From the NCBI RefSeq assembly GCF_006345805.1, contig NC_043006.1:72850001-72914000 (forward strand): 64,000 bases of DNA, given 5' to 3'. A program made the position numbers and the translations under genes. Origin of the DNA: Octopus sinensis (Eukaryota). The notes beneath the pieces are model-generated. The model saw only the letters and a program-made list of their open reading frames with translations, ran no database searches and was not told the DNA's origin. This document shows, in pieces, positions 1 through 13,545 of this stretch (positions within the stretch are counted from its first letter, which is position 1; each line of letters begins with the position of its first letter).

Positions 1-421
1 TAAGTTATATGTATTTTTTCAATGTCCTAGTTAACTCGTTTAAATCCAAATGAGTAAAAGTACATTTTAATTTCTATAATAAAAAATAAAGGAAACAAGA
101 TAAAAAACTTTTTTTGTAATTAACACAGTGTATATAATTAAAAAGGAAATAAAAATAATATGCTCTGAAATGAAATGCCATGTCAAAATAATTGATCCAT
201 TAAGGGGTTAATTTAAATCATTTTTAGAATAAGAGGTTTGCATCATAGAACTAAGAGCAGCCTCAGCTTGGTTAGAATCAAATAGGTTGCAGCTGTTTTC
301 AGAATAACAGCACTGAACCCAAATATTAACTTGAAAACCATATAGAGTAGCTGTGAGATCTGTATGTGGTTAACATGCTTTTACCACTGTTACTGTAGGG
401 GTTTATATCTATTTTTATTTA

Positions 422-710
422 TGTGCCCTTTTCAAGCCTAGCCAGGCTCATGGGCTCGGTTTCTGTGGCGTATGTTTCTGGACGGGATGCCAGTCTATCG
501 CAGCGTTACTCATGAAACAGGAAGAAAGAGTGAGAGAAAGTTGGGGTAAAAGAGTACAACAGGGGTCGTCGCCCTCCTCCTGCTGGAGCCTCATGGAGCT
601 TTTTAGGTGTTTTTGCTCAATAAACACACACAACGCCCGGTCTGGGAATCGAAACTCTGATCATCCGACCGTGAGTCTGCTGCCCTAACCACTGGGCCAT
701 TGCGCCTCCA
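422..710 (-). mobile_element. SINE-D (tRNA-derived)
   Basis: Minus head TGGAGGCGCAATGGCCCAGTGGTTAGGGCAGC...GTTTCGATTCCC; GCGATAGACTGGCATCCCGTCCAG block. Confidence 0.85.
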
Positions 711-959
711 TGTTTATATCTGTACACTGTATAATTTACACATCATTACATATAGGTTTTCTTGTTAGCGTATAGGTTTTATACAACGGGAAAACCTATA
801 CACTGTCTATATATTAGTTTTCTTGTTGGTTTGAGAATCTTTCATTGAACTTGCAGTTGTTTATCTGCATTTGTAAAACTCAGGTTAAAAAGCAACAGTG
901 AGTTTTTGTTGTTGTTTAACGTCAGTTCTGCCATATGGTAACAAAGCATTCCAGATAAG

Positions 960-1358
960 TACTCTCTCTTTTACTTGTTTCAGTCATGTGACTTTGGCCA
1001 TGCTGGAGCATTGCCTTTAGTCGAGCAAATCAACCCCAGGACTTATTCTTTGGAAACCTAGTACTTATTCTATCGGTCTCTTTTACTGAACCGCTATGTT
1101 ACGGGGACATAAACACACCAGCATCGGTTGTCAATCGATGTTGGGGGGGACAAACACAGACACACATACACACATATATATATATACAAATATACGACAG
1201 GCTTCTTTCAGTTTCCATCTACCAAATCCACTCCCAAGGCTTTGGTCGGCCCGAGGCTATAGTAGAAAACACTTGCCGAAGGTGCCACGCAGTGGGACTG
1301 AACCCGGAACCATGTGGTTGGTAAGCAAGCTACTTACCACACAGCCACTCCTATGCCT
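960..1358 (-). mobile_element. SINE-A (tRNA-derived, central (TA)n/(CA)n)
   Basis: Head GGCTGTGTGGTAAG...GGTTCAGTCCC (A/B boxes), body GGAAACTGAAAGAAGCC, tail ACTGAAACAAGTAAAAGAG. Confidence 0.9.
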
Positions 1359-1886
1359 GGACTATATATTTAAAGTGGTCCTTTTTTTGATTTCTATAAC
1401 TAAATTTGTTATTGAGAACTATATCTGGTATTTTAAACTGGAGCTTCTCTTGTGGGAGAGCTTTATTCTTCAATGCGTGCCTCTGGTTTTGTCTCATTCA
1501 TAAACATCGAGTTTCTGTATTCAGACTGTAAAGAGATCTCTCTTTCTTTCTTTGTTTCCCTCCCACTCACTGTTTTGTGCGAAGTAATTTATGTATTGGA
1601 ATGGAAAGAATTCATGTTAGAGTAAACAGGCTTTTAATTATTCAAGATTTACTTGATAAAGGAGAAAACAACAAAAGAAAAAGTTACGTCTAAGTCTTTA
1701 TTTAACTTTCCTGTGTAAGTAATTAGATGATAATGGTAATAATATAATTCTTTCTGATTTTGGCACAAGGCCAGCAATTTTAGGAGAGGGGTGGCAAAGT
1801 CAGCTTTGCTGGGAGTTAAACTTAGAAAAAAGTACCAAGCATTTTTGTCCAATGTGCTAATGATACTGACAGCAACTGCCTTAATA

Positions 1887-1917
<31 letters not shown>

Positions 1918-1924
1918 TAATAAT

Positions 1925-2900
1925 AGTTTCTACTGGAGGCACAAGGCCTCAGATTTGTGGGGAGGGGACTAGTCAATTACATTGTTACTTTCATTTATTG
2001 ACCCTGAAAGGATGAAAGGCAAAGTCGACCAAAGTGGAATTTGAACTTAGAATAATAATAATAATGGTTTCAATTTTGGTACTAGGCTAGCAATTTAGGG
2101 GGAAGTTGTAAGTTCATTGCATTAACCCCAGTACTCAACTGGTACTTATTTCATCAACTGCGAAAGAATGAAAGGCAAAGTTGACCTTGACAGGATTTGA
2201 ACTCAGAACATAACGAAGGACAAAATGCCTCTAAACATTTTGCCCAGCGTGCTAACAATTTTGCCATGATAATTGTAATAATATGATTTCGAATTTTGGC
2301 ACAAGGCCAGAAATTTTGGGGTAGTGTGTGTGGGGGATCTATGTCGATTACATTAACCACAGTGTTCAGCTGGTACTCATTTTATTGACCCCTAAAAGAT
2401 GATAGGCAATTTGAACCCAGAACGTGCAGACAGACAAAATGCTTGTCAGCATTTTGTCCAGTGCGCTAATGATTCTGCCCGCTCACTGCCATAATAATAA
2501 TAATATTAATAATAATAATCATTTCTACCATAGGCACAAGGCCTGAAATTTGTAGGGGAGGGTTTAAATTGATTACATCGACCCCCAGTATTCAACTAGT
2601 ACTTAATTTATCAACCCCGAAAGGATGAAAGGCACAGTCAAGCTCGGTGGAATTTGAACTCGAATATATATTTCTTTATTGCCCACAAGGGGCTAAACAT
2701 AGAGGGGACAAACAAAGACAGACAAAGGGATTAAGTCGATTACATCAACCCCAGTGCGTAACTGGTACTTTATTTATCGACCCTGAAAGGATGAAAGGCA
2801 AAGTCGACCTCGGCGGAATTTGAACTCAGAATGTAACAGCAGATGAAATACGGTTATGCATTTCTCCCAACGTGCTAAAGATTCTGCCAGCTCGCTGCCT
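1925..2900 (-). mobile_element. Cluster of about five SINE-B copies separated by (AAT)n
   Basis: Repeated CCCGAAAGGATGAAAGGCAAAGTCGACCTCGGCGGAATTTGAACTCAGAA core with GCCAGCTCGCC head. Confidence 0.85.
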
Positions 2901-3734
2901 TTTTAATAATAATAATAATAAATAAAAATGCTTTCTACTATAGGTACATGGCCTCATATTTAGGAGTGGAGAAGTTAGTCTACTATATCAACCTCAGTGA
3001 TCAAAATAATAACGATAATAACAATAATAATGGGTGTCAGCATTTAGCTTCAAAGCAGAATAGGAAGTAGGTATGATGCAATGTTACATTACCATTCAGA
3101 CCTTAATCTGCCATTCTATTTTTTAATTAATCTCTCACTAGTTTTCATATATTTTTCACATAGCTAAATTCCTTCTTTTTTTTTTAAGTGTAATTATCAA
3201 AGGATTAAGCTTCTTACTTAATAGACATTGTTAAATTAACAGCTTTTGTAACTGGTTTAATATGGAGGAAACCTGTTCTCTGCTCTTCCTTCTGTATGGT
3301 GTAACAGTAAAATTTGATATATGAGAAAAACGTGCGTCTCTTTAGTTTTTCAGTAAATGTCTTGTCATACTGAATTATAAAAGTGCAAAGGTACTTGACC
3401 CTGGTTGGTTGGTTGTTTACATGTGGATGGCTGAAAAAGCAGTAAGTTGCACTATGCCTCCACAGTACATACACAGATCTACATGGGTGGTTATGTTATA
3501 TGCCCTTGCTTATCTTTTTCAACATCAAGGTCACTGTTGTATATTATATATTTGGAAGGAGCGTATTTACTAGCTTAAACTAAAATTAAAGCAGCTTCCA
3601 TTTAGCTTTTGGATCTGCAAGAAAGCTAAATTCTCCATCAACCATCTTAAAAGAAAAGCAAAAAATAGATTGTTGAATAGATTGTACTTGTTAATGGTTT
3701 TAATACCAATCTACCCAGTAGCACCAGTACTAAA

Positions 3735-4082
3735 GTCTCTCTCTCTTTTACTCTTTTACTTGTTTCAGTCATTTTGATTGCAGCCATGCTGGAGCACTGC
3801 CTTTAGTCAAGCAAATCGACCCCAGGTCTTATTCTTTGTAAGCCTAGTACTTATTCTATCAGTCTCTTTTGCCGAACTGCTAAGTTATGGGAATGTAAAC
3901 ACACCAGCATCGGTATATGACGGGCTTCTTTCAGTTTCCGTCTACCAAATTCACTCACAAGGGTTTGGTCGGCCCGAGGCTATAGTAGAAGATACTTGCT
4001 GAAAGTGCCATGCAGTGGGACTGAACCCGGAACCATGTGGTTGGTAAGCAAGCTACTTACCACACAGCCACTCCTGCGCCTA
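3735..4082 (-). mobile_element. SINE-A (central microsatellite deleted)
   Basis: Same head and tail as 960-1358. Confidence 0.9.
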
Positions 4083-4419
4083 TAAGATATGGTGCATTGG
4101 CCGGGAAGTGTTCATATTTAGATAAAAATTTCAATAAAAAATATTGTAATTTGATAATGATGAAGTTTTGGTTGATCAACAACTGTTTTTATGTTTGGAA
4201 TATATATATCTTTTAATTGAATAACTGGTATGGGTTGGTGACATGAAAGGCATCTGGCCAGGAAATGCTGCCTCAAAATAAATCTCCATCTAACCCATAC
4301 AAGCTGGGAAAAACAGTCACAGAAGTCTGGTGCAAGCTTCTGCCTGGCCGGCTCTTGTTAAACTGTCTCACCCATGCCAACATGGAAGACGGACATTAAA
4401 TGATGATGATGATAATAAT

Positions 4420-4453
<34 letters not shown>

Positions 4454-4455
<2 letters not shown>

Positions 4456-4615
4456 CGCAGGAGTGGCTGTGTGGTAAGTAGCTTGCTAACCAACCACATG
4501 GTTCCGGGTTCAGTCCCACTGCGTGGCATCTTGGGCAAGTGTCTTCTGCTATAGCCCCGGGCCGACCAATGCCTTGTGAGTGGATTTGGTAGACGGAAAC
4601 TGAAAGAAGCCCGTC

Positions 4616-4667
<52 letters not shown>

Positions 4668-4872
4668 ATGTTTGTGTGTCTGTGTTTGTCCCCCTAGCAT
4701 TGCTTGACAACTGATGCTGGTGTGTTTACGTCCCCGTCACTTAGCGGTTCGACAAAAGAGACTGATAGAATAAGTACTGGGCTTACAAAGAATAAGTCCC
4801 CGGGTCGATTTCCTTGACTAAAGGCGGTGCTCCAGCATGGCTGCAGTCAAATGACTGAAACAAGGAAAAGAA
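4454..4872 (+). mobile_element. SINE-A full length
   Basis: Complete head, microsatellite and tail; head-to-head with 3735-4082. Confidence 0.9.
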
Positions 4873-5404
4873 TATAATTGCTATATAAAAAGTACTTGTG
4901 CTGGTGTGCCATGTGAAAAGCAGCAAGTACATTCTGTAAATGGTTGGTATTAGGAAGGGCATCCAACTGTAGAAACCTTGCCAAAACAGACAATTAGAGC
5001 CTGATGCAGCTCTCCACCTTGTCAGCTCTTGTCAAACTGTCCAACTCATGCCAGCATGGAAAACAGACATTAGATGGTGATGATGATGGCAAATATTTAT
5101 ATATATTTTGTCAAGTAATAATAATTTTACATTAAGCTGAAGGATTGCTCCATAGGGTACATATTTATTGGTCTTTAACAAGAATAGTAATGACAGTGGC
5201 TTCAATGTATAACAGTCTAAATGTTTTTCTTCAGTATAGTTAAATTCTAGCTTGTGCTTTCTTCCTTATACTCGCACATGTGAAATGTTATTTCTGGATA
5301 AAAACTGCAGTAACTTGCCTTTCAGTGATGGTATTTACATTAAGTATGATACATAGATGGCTATTTTAATCTAATGCTGCTTCTATTATGTATAATAAAT
5401 AAAT

Positions 5405-5657
5405 AAATGTGCCCTTTTAAAGCCTAGCCAGGCTCATGAGCCCGGTTTCCTGGTTTCTATGGCAAATGTGTTCCCCAGCTGGACGGGACGCCAGTCCATC
5501 ACAGCATTACTCATTTTTGCCAGCTGAGTGGACTGGAGCAACGTGAAATGAAGTGTTTTGATCAAGAACACAACACGTCGCCCGGTCCAGGAATCGAAAC
5601 CACAATCTTACGATCATGGTGCTGACACCCTAACCACTAAGCCATGTGCCTCCACTC
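5405..5657 (-). mobile_element. SINE-D variant
   Basis: tRNA head, GACTGGCGTCCCGTCCAG block, GGCTAGGCTTTAAAAGGGCAC tail. Confidence 0.85.
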
Positions 5658-6491
5658 TGTTATGTATACATTCGAATTCAAATCTTTCCATTGTCGTATA
5701 TTGGAGTTATGCTAATCACTTCTTCCTTACAAATTTGTGGCCTTGTACTTGAGCCAGAAACCATTAATTTATATAAAGCTTAAAATACTATTTTTAGAGA
5801 CATCTTCCTGACGCAGTTGTTTTTTTTTACTTTTTTTTCTTTTTTTTTCCAATCACACTTTGTCTGTCAAAGTGCTCCAACATATACAAGTGAATTAAAT
5901 TGACAAATCCCAAATTTAGTCTCCAGCAATGTGGCTACACTAATAACAAGGACATTGTTAATCTCAAATCATTATTATTATTCTCCTCATTATGTAAACA
6001 AATAATGAAACAACACAAAAATTATTCTATTTGACATCTATTTTGATTTTGTTCCAAAGTAAATATTTATGTTTGTTAATTAACTAACACAAGTTCTGAC
6101 AGAATATATGCTTGCTACACTGCCCGCAATATGAAAATGTGTCTGTATCTATTTTTTATATATATATAATGAGCTGTATGTTTTATGTTGAAGTGAACTT
6201 TGCCATGCTAGCATGGGCCAGACAGAATTCGCTGAGGTAGATTTTCTACATCTGGGTACCCTTCAAGGCTCGTTCCTCAGCATAGCTGTAGTCTGATACC
6301 TGAAACAAATAAAAGGTAAAAAGATAGGCTTGGAAAATTTGATACAATGAAAACAATACTGTTAGAGAAAGAAAGAAACTTTTGAATGAAAATAAGCTAG
6401 TTGTGTCATTGTATATAGGTAGATGAACATATGTGATTTGGCATTGCTGGCATGAAAATAGGTTGGGAAATGCTAGTGTAACCCTTTAACG

Positions 6492-6755
6492 CAGTGGTTC
6501 CCAAACTTTTTTGGGCTCCTGCCCCCTTGATACCCAGGCCACGTTCTTAGTGCCCCCACTCCAACTATCAGAAACATAGACCTCTTTCTGAAGCAAATTC
6601 ACAAATAAAATTTGACCTGATGAACCCATTACTTTGTTGTTTTTACATGAATCACTACCCCATTATCTCCCCACTTCAATGCCCCCCTTGAAATTTTTCA
6701 CTGCTCTCAGGTGGCGGGGTGGGGGTAGCAATACCACCCATTTCGGGAACCACTG
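6492..6755. mobile_element. hAT (Charlie-like) MITE
   Basis: TIRs CAGTGGTTCCCAAA / TTTCGGGAACCACTG; 8-bp flanks ctttaacg / ttttaaca (6/8 match, central TA). Confidence 0.8.
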
Positions 6756-7234
6756 TTTTAACAAAAAAAAAAAACCCGGCTACTTAAGTTCACCCTTAAA
6801 AAATAAGTGTTGCTATTGGTTCTATCCAACCATAAGTGACCTTGCTGACACAATACTTTTAGTGGTAAAGAAATATTTATCATCATTATCATCTCCATCA
6901 TCATCATCATCTTAGAAAAATGTCTGCTTCTCTATTTTGCATGGATCAGGCAGAATTTATTGAGGCAGATTTTTCTGTGACTGGATGCCCTTCCTGTCAC
7001 CAACCCTCATCTGTTTTCACGTAAGGTAATATTTCCCTTGGTTGGACATGTTTTCACAGGAAATTGGAATCAAATGACACTGCTTGTATGACAGTGACAC
7101 TCGCTTACAATTACCATATGATGTCAATACAAGGAATCAGTCACACACACATTGATGTCAAATAACATAGCCTCTTGTTTTTAATGACATTCATAGTTCA
7201 TTATTTCATTATTTTTTGATATAACAACATACCT

Positions 7235-7832
7235 TTTATCTTTTACCTATTTCTGTCATTAGACTGTGGCCATGCTGGGGGCACTACCTTAAAGAATTTA
7301 TAGTTGACCTCAATACTTTTTTTTTTAAGCTTGATACTTATTCTATTGATTTCTTTAGCTGAACTGCTAAGTTATGGGGACATAAAGGCACCAACACCAT
7401 TTGTCATCCAGATGAGTGGGGGACAGACACAGACACACATATACATACACACACACAATGAGCTTCTTTCAGTTTCTTATTTCTTTACTGCCACAGAGGG
7501 GACACACAAGGACAGACAAACGGATTAAGTCGATTATATCGACCCCAGTGTGTGACTGGTACTTATTTAATTGACCCCGAAAGTCGACCTCGGCGGAATT
7601 TGAACTCAGAACGTAGCGGCAGATGGAATACCGCTAAGGATTTCACCCACTGTGCTAACAATTCTGCCAGCTCATCGCCTTTCAGCTTCTTTCAGTTTCC
7701 GTCTACCAAATCCACTCACAAGGCTTTGGTTGGCCTGAGGCTATAGTAGAAAACACTTGCCCAAGGTGCCATGCAGTGGGACTGAACCTGGAACCATGTA
7801 GTTGGGAAGTAAACTTCTTACCACACAACCAC
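7235..7832 (-). mobile_element. SINE-A interrupted by SINE-B
   Basis: Tail 7235-7476 and head 7684-7832; 16-bp duplication agcttctttcagtttc flanks the insert. Confidence 0.85.
7477..7683 (-). mobile_element. SINE-B nested in SINE-A
   Basis: Core and head present; 16-bp TSD. Confidence 0.85.
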
Positions 7833-8729
7833 GTCTGTGCCGTCCATTTACATTTCCGTCTTTCGGATGTTGAAAATAATTGCCAACAATAATAATTACT
7901 GGGATTGATATAATTGGCTGCTCGAGCCTGGCTGCAGTGACTGAAAGTATGAAAACAATAGCATAAACTTGACCTAACATCATTACTATTGAAATTATTA
8001 AAATTTTAAAATCTATATGTAATTATTTGTATGTTCCTTGTTACCACTACAATTGGTCATTGCAACTAACCCCCTCATCCCTACCCCCAACTTTTGCTTG
8101 AAATTTTTACGATTTTTTTTTTTTTTGCATCAGAAAAAAGGGCAAAGACAAAAGCTATTTATTGACCTCTTGCAATTAAATGAAAGGATGGAGGTAATTA
8201 ATGAACGTTATCAAGATGAATATGACGTGAATGAAGACCAAAACTAAAAGTTTTCAATGACGCCATACTGCTAATACTAACAACAACAGCAGTACTGATG
8301 ATCTCTCAGTCACATGGTCAGAAATTTGAAGAGAGGGGAGCTCTTATTTATATTGAACCCTCCACCACCACTGCCATCACCAGTCATAATTATCCCTTAT
8401 TATATAACTCATTATGTAAACAAATAATCTTTCTCTTTCTCTGTGCATGTATGTATGAATATATATGTGTGTGTGCGTGTTCCATTTTACTTCTCAGAGC
8501 TTTCGATGTTATTTACTCCAGTTAATTCTGTAAGCATGGACAACAACCTGTTGTCAAAGGTCTCACAGGGTCTTTTACCATGATACTTAACACCCAAGTA
8601 CCAATCTCAAAATCCTCATTCCCCAATTGCTGTCCCCAATAGAGCATTTTCTGATTTCCTCACTGTCCCCAACAGTGCAAATTATTATTATTTATTTATT
8701 TATTTATTTATTTATTATTATTATTATTA

Positions 8730-8930
8730 AGGCGGTGAGCTGGCAGAATCATTAGCATGCCAGGCAAAATGCTTGGTGGCATTTCATCCGTCTTTACATT
8801 CTGAGTTCAAATGTTACCTTTCATCATTTCAGGGTTGGTTAAGTAAGCACCAGTTACACACTGTGGTCAATGAAATTGACTAGCACCCCAAAAAAAAATT
8901 CAGGCCTTGTGCCTATAGTAGAAAGCATTA
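8730..8930 (+). mobile_element. SINE-B
   Basis: GGCGGTGAGCTGGCAGAATC head, core, AGGCCTTGTGCCTATAGTAGAAAG tail, (ATT)n. Confidence 0.8.
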
Positions 8931-9232
8931 TTATTATTTAATAATACAGTTTGAATCAGCTCCTTGCAAAGTTTCACAAGCTTCTTGGCGGAACCTAGCT
9001 CATTCAAGCTCAGATTAACAAATGGCAAAGTACAGGAAGTCCAAGATAGCAACTAGAAATGGGTGGCTATTAGTCAAGACGAATCACAGGGTGTTGTTAG
9101 AAGTGAGGTCAGTATTTCAGCACCACCAGATGCATTAAAAAGGAGAATTTCTTGGACCACATGGTTGGAGAGGAAGCTGGTGTCTGGCGGACTTTTGAAA
9201 GGAATTGGATACTGACAGAAGCAAGGCCGGTG

Positions 9233-9236
<4 letters not shown>

Positions 9237-9267
<31 letters not shown>

Positions 9268-9790
9268 CAGATGTATGAGTGTGGATGTGGGTGTGTTTTT
9301 GGTTGTATAAGAGTGTGTGTGTGTGTGTGTGTGTATGCACGTGCCTATTTGTACCTTGTTTACTTGTGCATGCGCTTATCAGTACCTTCTGTATACGTGT
9401 GCATTCAAATATGTTTGTGTATGTATCTGTGTGCGTTAGCACCAGTTGTACATATGTGCATGCATGAATGTGTTTTGGGATGCATGAATTGGGTGCGTGT
9501 GCATAAGTATGTACATTCTTGTATTTGTATATAAGCGTATGAGTGTATGCAGGTTTACCTGGAAGAACATATGCATGCACATTTTGGTCTGGTGTATGTG
9601 AGTGCGTGTACATGTATATGCACGCCTTTGGTATTCATCTGTGCGAGCGTGACATGTATGCTAGTGTAGTTGCAACAACATTGCAGGGTTAAGGAGAGGG
9701 AGCGGATATAGACATTGGACTGAAGTTGGTGGTGGTGGTGGGGGAGATGTATACGGACATAGATATGTGTGTGCATGCTTGTATATAAAA
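9237..9790. repeat. Degenerate (GT)n/(GTAT)n low-complexity tract
   Basis: Alternating purine-pyrimidine sequence; source of the V/C/Y and H/T ORFs. Confidence 0.9.
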
Positions 9791-9850
9791 AAGTTTAACA
9801 TTAAGCTGTAGAATTACTCAATACATTTTAGTAGAGTACATGTTTATTCT

Positions 9851-10048
9851 TTACTCTTTTACTTGTTTTAGTCATCTGACTGTGGCCATGGTGGAGCACC
9901 ACCCATAGTCGAGCAAATCGACCCCAGGACTTATTCTTTGTAAGCCTAGTACTTATTCTATCGGTCTCTTTTGCCGAACCGTTAAGTTACGGGTAATGTA
10001 AACAACCAGCATTTATTATCAAGCGATGTTGGGGAGACAGACACATAC

Positions 10049-10107
<59 letters not shown>

Positions 10108-10312
10108 CATACATCCATATACATACATCCATATATACATATATATACGACGGGCTTCTTTCAGTTTCCGTCTACCAAATCCAGTCACAAGGCTTTGGTC
10201 GGCCCAAGGCTATACTAGAACACACTTGACCAATGTGCCACGCAGTGGGACTGAACCCGGAACCATGTGGTTGGTAAGCAAGCTACTTACCACACAGCCA
10301 CCCCTACACCTA
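9851..10312 (-). mobile_element. SINE-A full length
   Basis: Family consensus match. Confidence 0.9.
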
Positions 10313-10859
10313 TTACAAGAAGAAGGTGACAGTTTCAGTCTGCTAGACTTTGTTGAACTAACTGTCTGACAGAAGTTAGCATGCTGAAACTTGGAAGTCA
10401 CTGTCGCCGCTCTTGTAAAAGCTTCATATATAAAATAATCAATTATAATATATATATATACATACACACACATACAGGCATACATACAAAATTGATTATT
10501 GTATGAACAATAAAACAAAGCAAAATAAAATTCCATTTGACACATATTTTGACTGTGTTCTACATATTACTGCCTGTCATGTTTGCTTTATATAGCAGAC
10601 AGTGTGATAGAGAGAAAGGGAGAGGGAGAGACACACAGACAGACAGACAGAGGCAGGCACATTACAAGGGCAGCAATGAAGCAAACCTGGGATATTTAAG
10701 ATGGCAGCTTGAGTAGATATTGTAATTCAGATTACATGGGCTATGAAAGGTAACTAAGAGTTATAGTTATCAGATGGTGTAGCTTCTTAGAATATGGAGG
10801 TGGGGGTGGGTGGGTGGATAGCATAGATATACTAAGTTTTCTCATGTGGACTAAAATAG

Positions 10860-11230
10860 CATATATCATCATCATTTAACATCTGTCTTTCATGCTGGCT
10901 TGGTTGGATTTTTTGACAGGAGCTGGCAAGCCAGAGGACTGCACTAAGCTCCACTGTCTGTTTTGGAATGGTTATATAAATATATATTAGTAAAGGCTGG
11001 TGGTACATAAAAAGCACCATTTGAGCATGGTCGATGCCAGTGCCGCCTGACACCACCCCTCCTCTGTGCCAGTGGCATGTAAAAAACATCCACTAGACTC
11101 TGGAAGTGGTTGGCTTTAGGAAAGGCATCCAGCTGTAGAACCCTTGCTAGAACAGATTGGAGCCTGGTGCAGCTTCCTGGCTTGCCAGCCCTCAGTCAAA
11201 TCTTCGAACCCATGCCAACATGGAAAGCAG
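10860..11230. mobile_element. SINE-C fragments in both orientations
   Basis: Minus tail 10860-10970, plus body 11000-11230. Confidence 0.7.
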
Positions 11231-12029
11231 ACGGTGGGTTTCCCCACCTCTGGTTCAGTTAAACCGATCGACCCCCACTACTTAGATTTTAAGGTCTGGT
11301 ACTTATTTATTCTGTTGGTCTTTTTTACCAAACCATTTACATACAAGAACATAAACAAGCAGTGAGTTGAGTGGGAAACGCACACTCATCATGGGCTTCT
11401 ACACAGTTTCCGTTCACCAAATTCAGTCACAAGGCATTAGTTGGCCTAAGGTAGAAGATACTTTGCCCTAAATGCTGCACTGTGGGACTGAACCTGAAAC
11501 TACTGGTTGCAAAGATTCATATAAAACTGTGACTTACGTCATTGAGTCCTTTTGTGTTTTGTTAGGGACTAGAAAAAGAGGAGGGGGTAATGTCCATGAT
11601 CTTCCCTTCTCCCTCTCCCCTTCCCTTCTCCCTCTTCCCATCTCTTCTCCCTTTCCCTCCTCTCTCTCCTCTTCCCTCCTCATCACCTAAGCATGCATGT
11701 GCAACTGCTGGTCATCCATAAACAACTTTGTCTGGAATTGTGCCTCTCAGAGGAACTTTCTAGGTGCAATCCCATTTATATATATATATTGATTCAGTCA
11801 TTTTGACTGTGGCCATGCTGGAGCGCTGTCCGAAAGGGTGTTAGTTGAAGAAATTGGACCCAAGAGTTATTCTTTGTAAGCCTAGCACTTATTCTATCAT
11901 TCCCTTTTGCCAAACTGCTAAGTTATGGTGGCATAAACACACCAGCATCAGTTGTCAAGCAATGGCAGGGGGACAAACACACACAGATTATATATATATA
12001 TACACACACACACACATATATATATATAT

Positions 12030-12298
12030 ATGGACTGGTGCAGCCTTCTGGCTTCAGACCCACGAACAACCCATAGCATGGAGAACGGACGTTAAACGCG
12101 ATGATGATGATGATGCAGGTGGCACGTAAAAAGCACCCACTACACTCTCAGAGTGGTTGGCGTTAGGAAGGGCATCCAGCTGTAGAAACATTGCCAGATA
12201 AGACTGGAGCCTGGTGCAGCCTTCTGGCTTCCCAGATCCCCGGTCGAACCGTCCAACCCATGCTAGCATGGAGAACGGACGTTAAACGATGATGATGA
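12030..12298 (+). mobile_element. SINE-C 3' parts in tandem
   Basis: Two CATGGAGAACGGACGTTAAAC(GC)GATGAT ends. Confidence 0.85.
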
Positions 12299-13323
12299 TA
12301 TATATATATGAGACAGAGAGAGGTACCAATGACATAAGCTGCTTAACTACATTTACCGGTTAATATAAAACTGTGGTTTAGTCATTGGGCCTTCAGTGTT
12401 TGTTTGGGACTAGGAAAAGGAGGTGGAGTAATGCCCATGATCTTTTCTCCTCTTTCGCCTCCCCCACTCCCTCCTTACCCAGGTTGGTAAAGTTGGTGTA
12501 GATAAAGTTTAGGTTAAACAGCTGTGGGGGAAAATATAAGTAGAAAAGGATTTCTGGAAGTTACAATTTGGAGGAGATAGATTAGGAAAAGGGTCAAGTG
12601 CAGGCTTTGTGTGTGTGGGCGGAGAGAGCCAGGTGAACTCAGGTAGGCTAGGATGGAGAAGCTATGCAATTAGTAACAAAGGTTTTCATTGTGTTGTTGT
12701 TGTTTTATAACTTCAAGTCCGTTGGGTTGAGTGAACCTATGATCAAAGTATTCCAAACATGTTCATCCTGTTCTTTTCCTTTCTGTAGAGAACCTAGGGT
12801 CACATTATCTAATGTATTTCGTTTGTTTTAAAAGATAATTTGAATTTTATTTAACTGCTGTTTCTAGTATGTTGAGCAATCACATAGAGGCTGCCTCCTT
12901 GGCTTGCTCATTGGGTGTTATTTCATCTCAGTAATGATTATATTTCAGTGTAATCAAGACTAGGTTATCGAGTTACCCTTCACAGAAAGCTACTTTTGAG
13001 GACTTTGCTCATGGAAATACCATGTGGGATAAAAGTTTGTGAGTTCAAATCTTAGGCTAACACCATGTACATTAAGAAAGCAAATGTAAACACCTAGCTG
13101 TGTTTACTTTTATTTTTATTAAATTTTCCCAAATGTTTATTATGAAATAAATCATTGCAGTTAAACATGCTAATCTTTTTTGTTTATTCACTTACATTGG
13201 CATATCTACTTAGTAGTTCTCTCATCACTCCTTTGACATGTACAATAAGGTTTACTGTTGTGCTGAAGAGGTCTAACAAGACTGGAACATTACCTGAGTA
13301 CTTTTGCATGCAAAACTGATTAA

Positions 13324-13545
13324 CCCTTTCATTACCAACCTGGCTAAAACCAGCTCTGGTTCTTTAGTATAAATGTCTTGTTTTCATAAGTTTTGAATTA
13401 AAAATCTTCCACCAAATCTTAGTCACAATTTATGTTCTTAACACTAGCTTAATGATAACTAAGTTATTTTACTAAATTCTTTGTTATATTTAAAATAATT
13501 GAAAGAAACACAGAGCATCTCTAAATAGATACAGTAATGAAAGGA
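13324..13545. mobile_element. piggyBac-type MITE family 1
   Basis: TTAA TSDs 13320-13323 and 13546-13549; TIR CCCTTTCATTAC / GTAATGAAAGGA. Confidence 0.85.

Noticed and set aside
1096-1503. 135-aa ORF and near-identical ORFs at 27666, 36255 and 48336
   Set aside because: Antisense reading of SINE-A; the recurrence reflects the repeat, not a gene family.
9074-9776. Long ORFs rich in H/T, V/C/Y, poly-I or IY (also 4330-4700, 24980-25291, 46654-47427, 60695-61042)
   Set aside because: Translations of microsatellites and low-complexity tracts.
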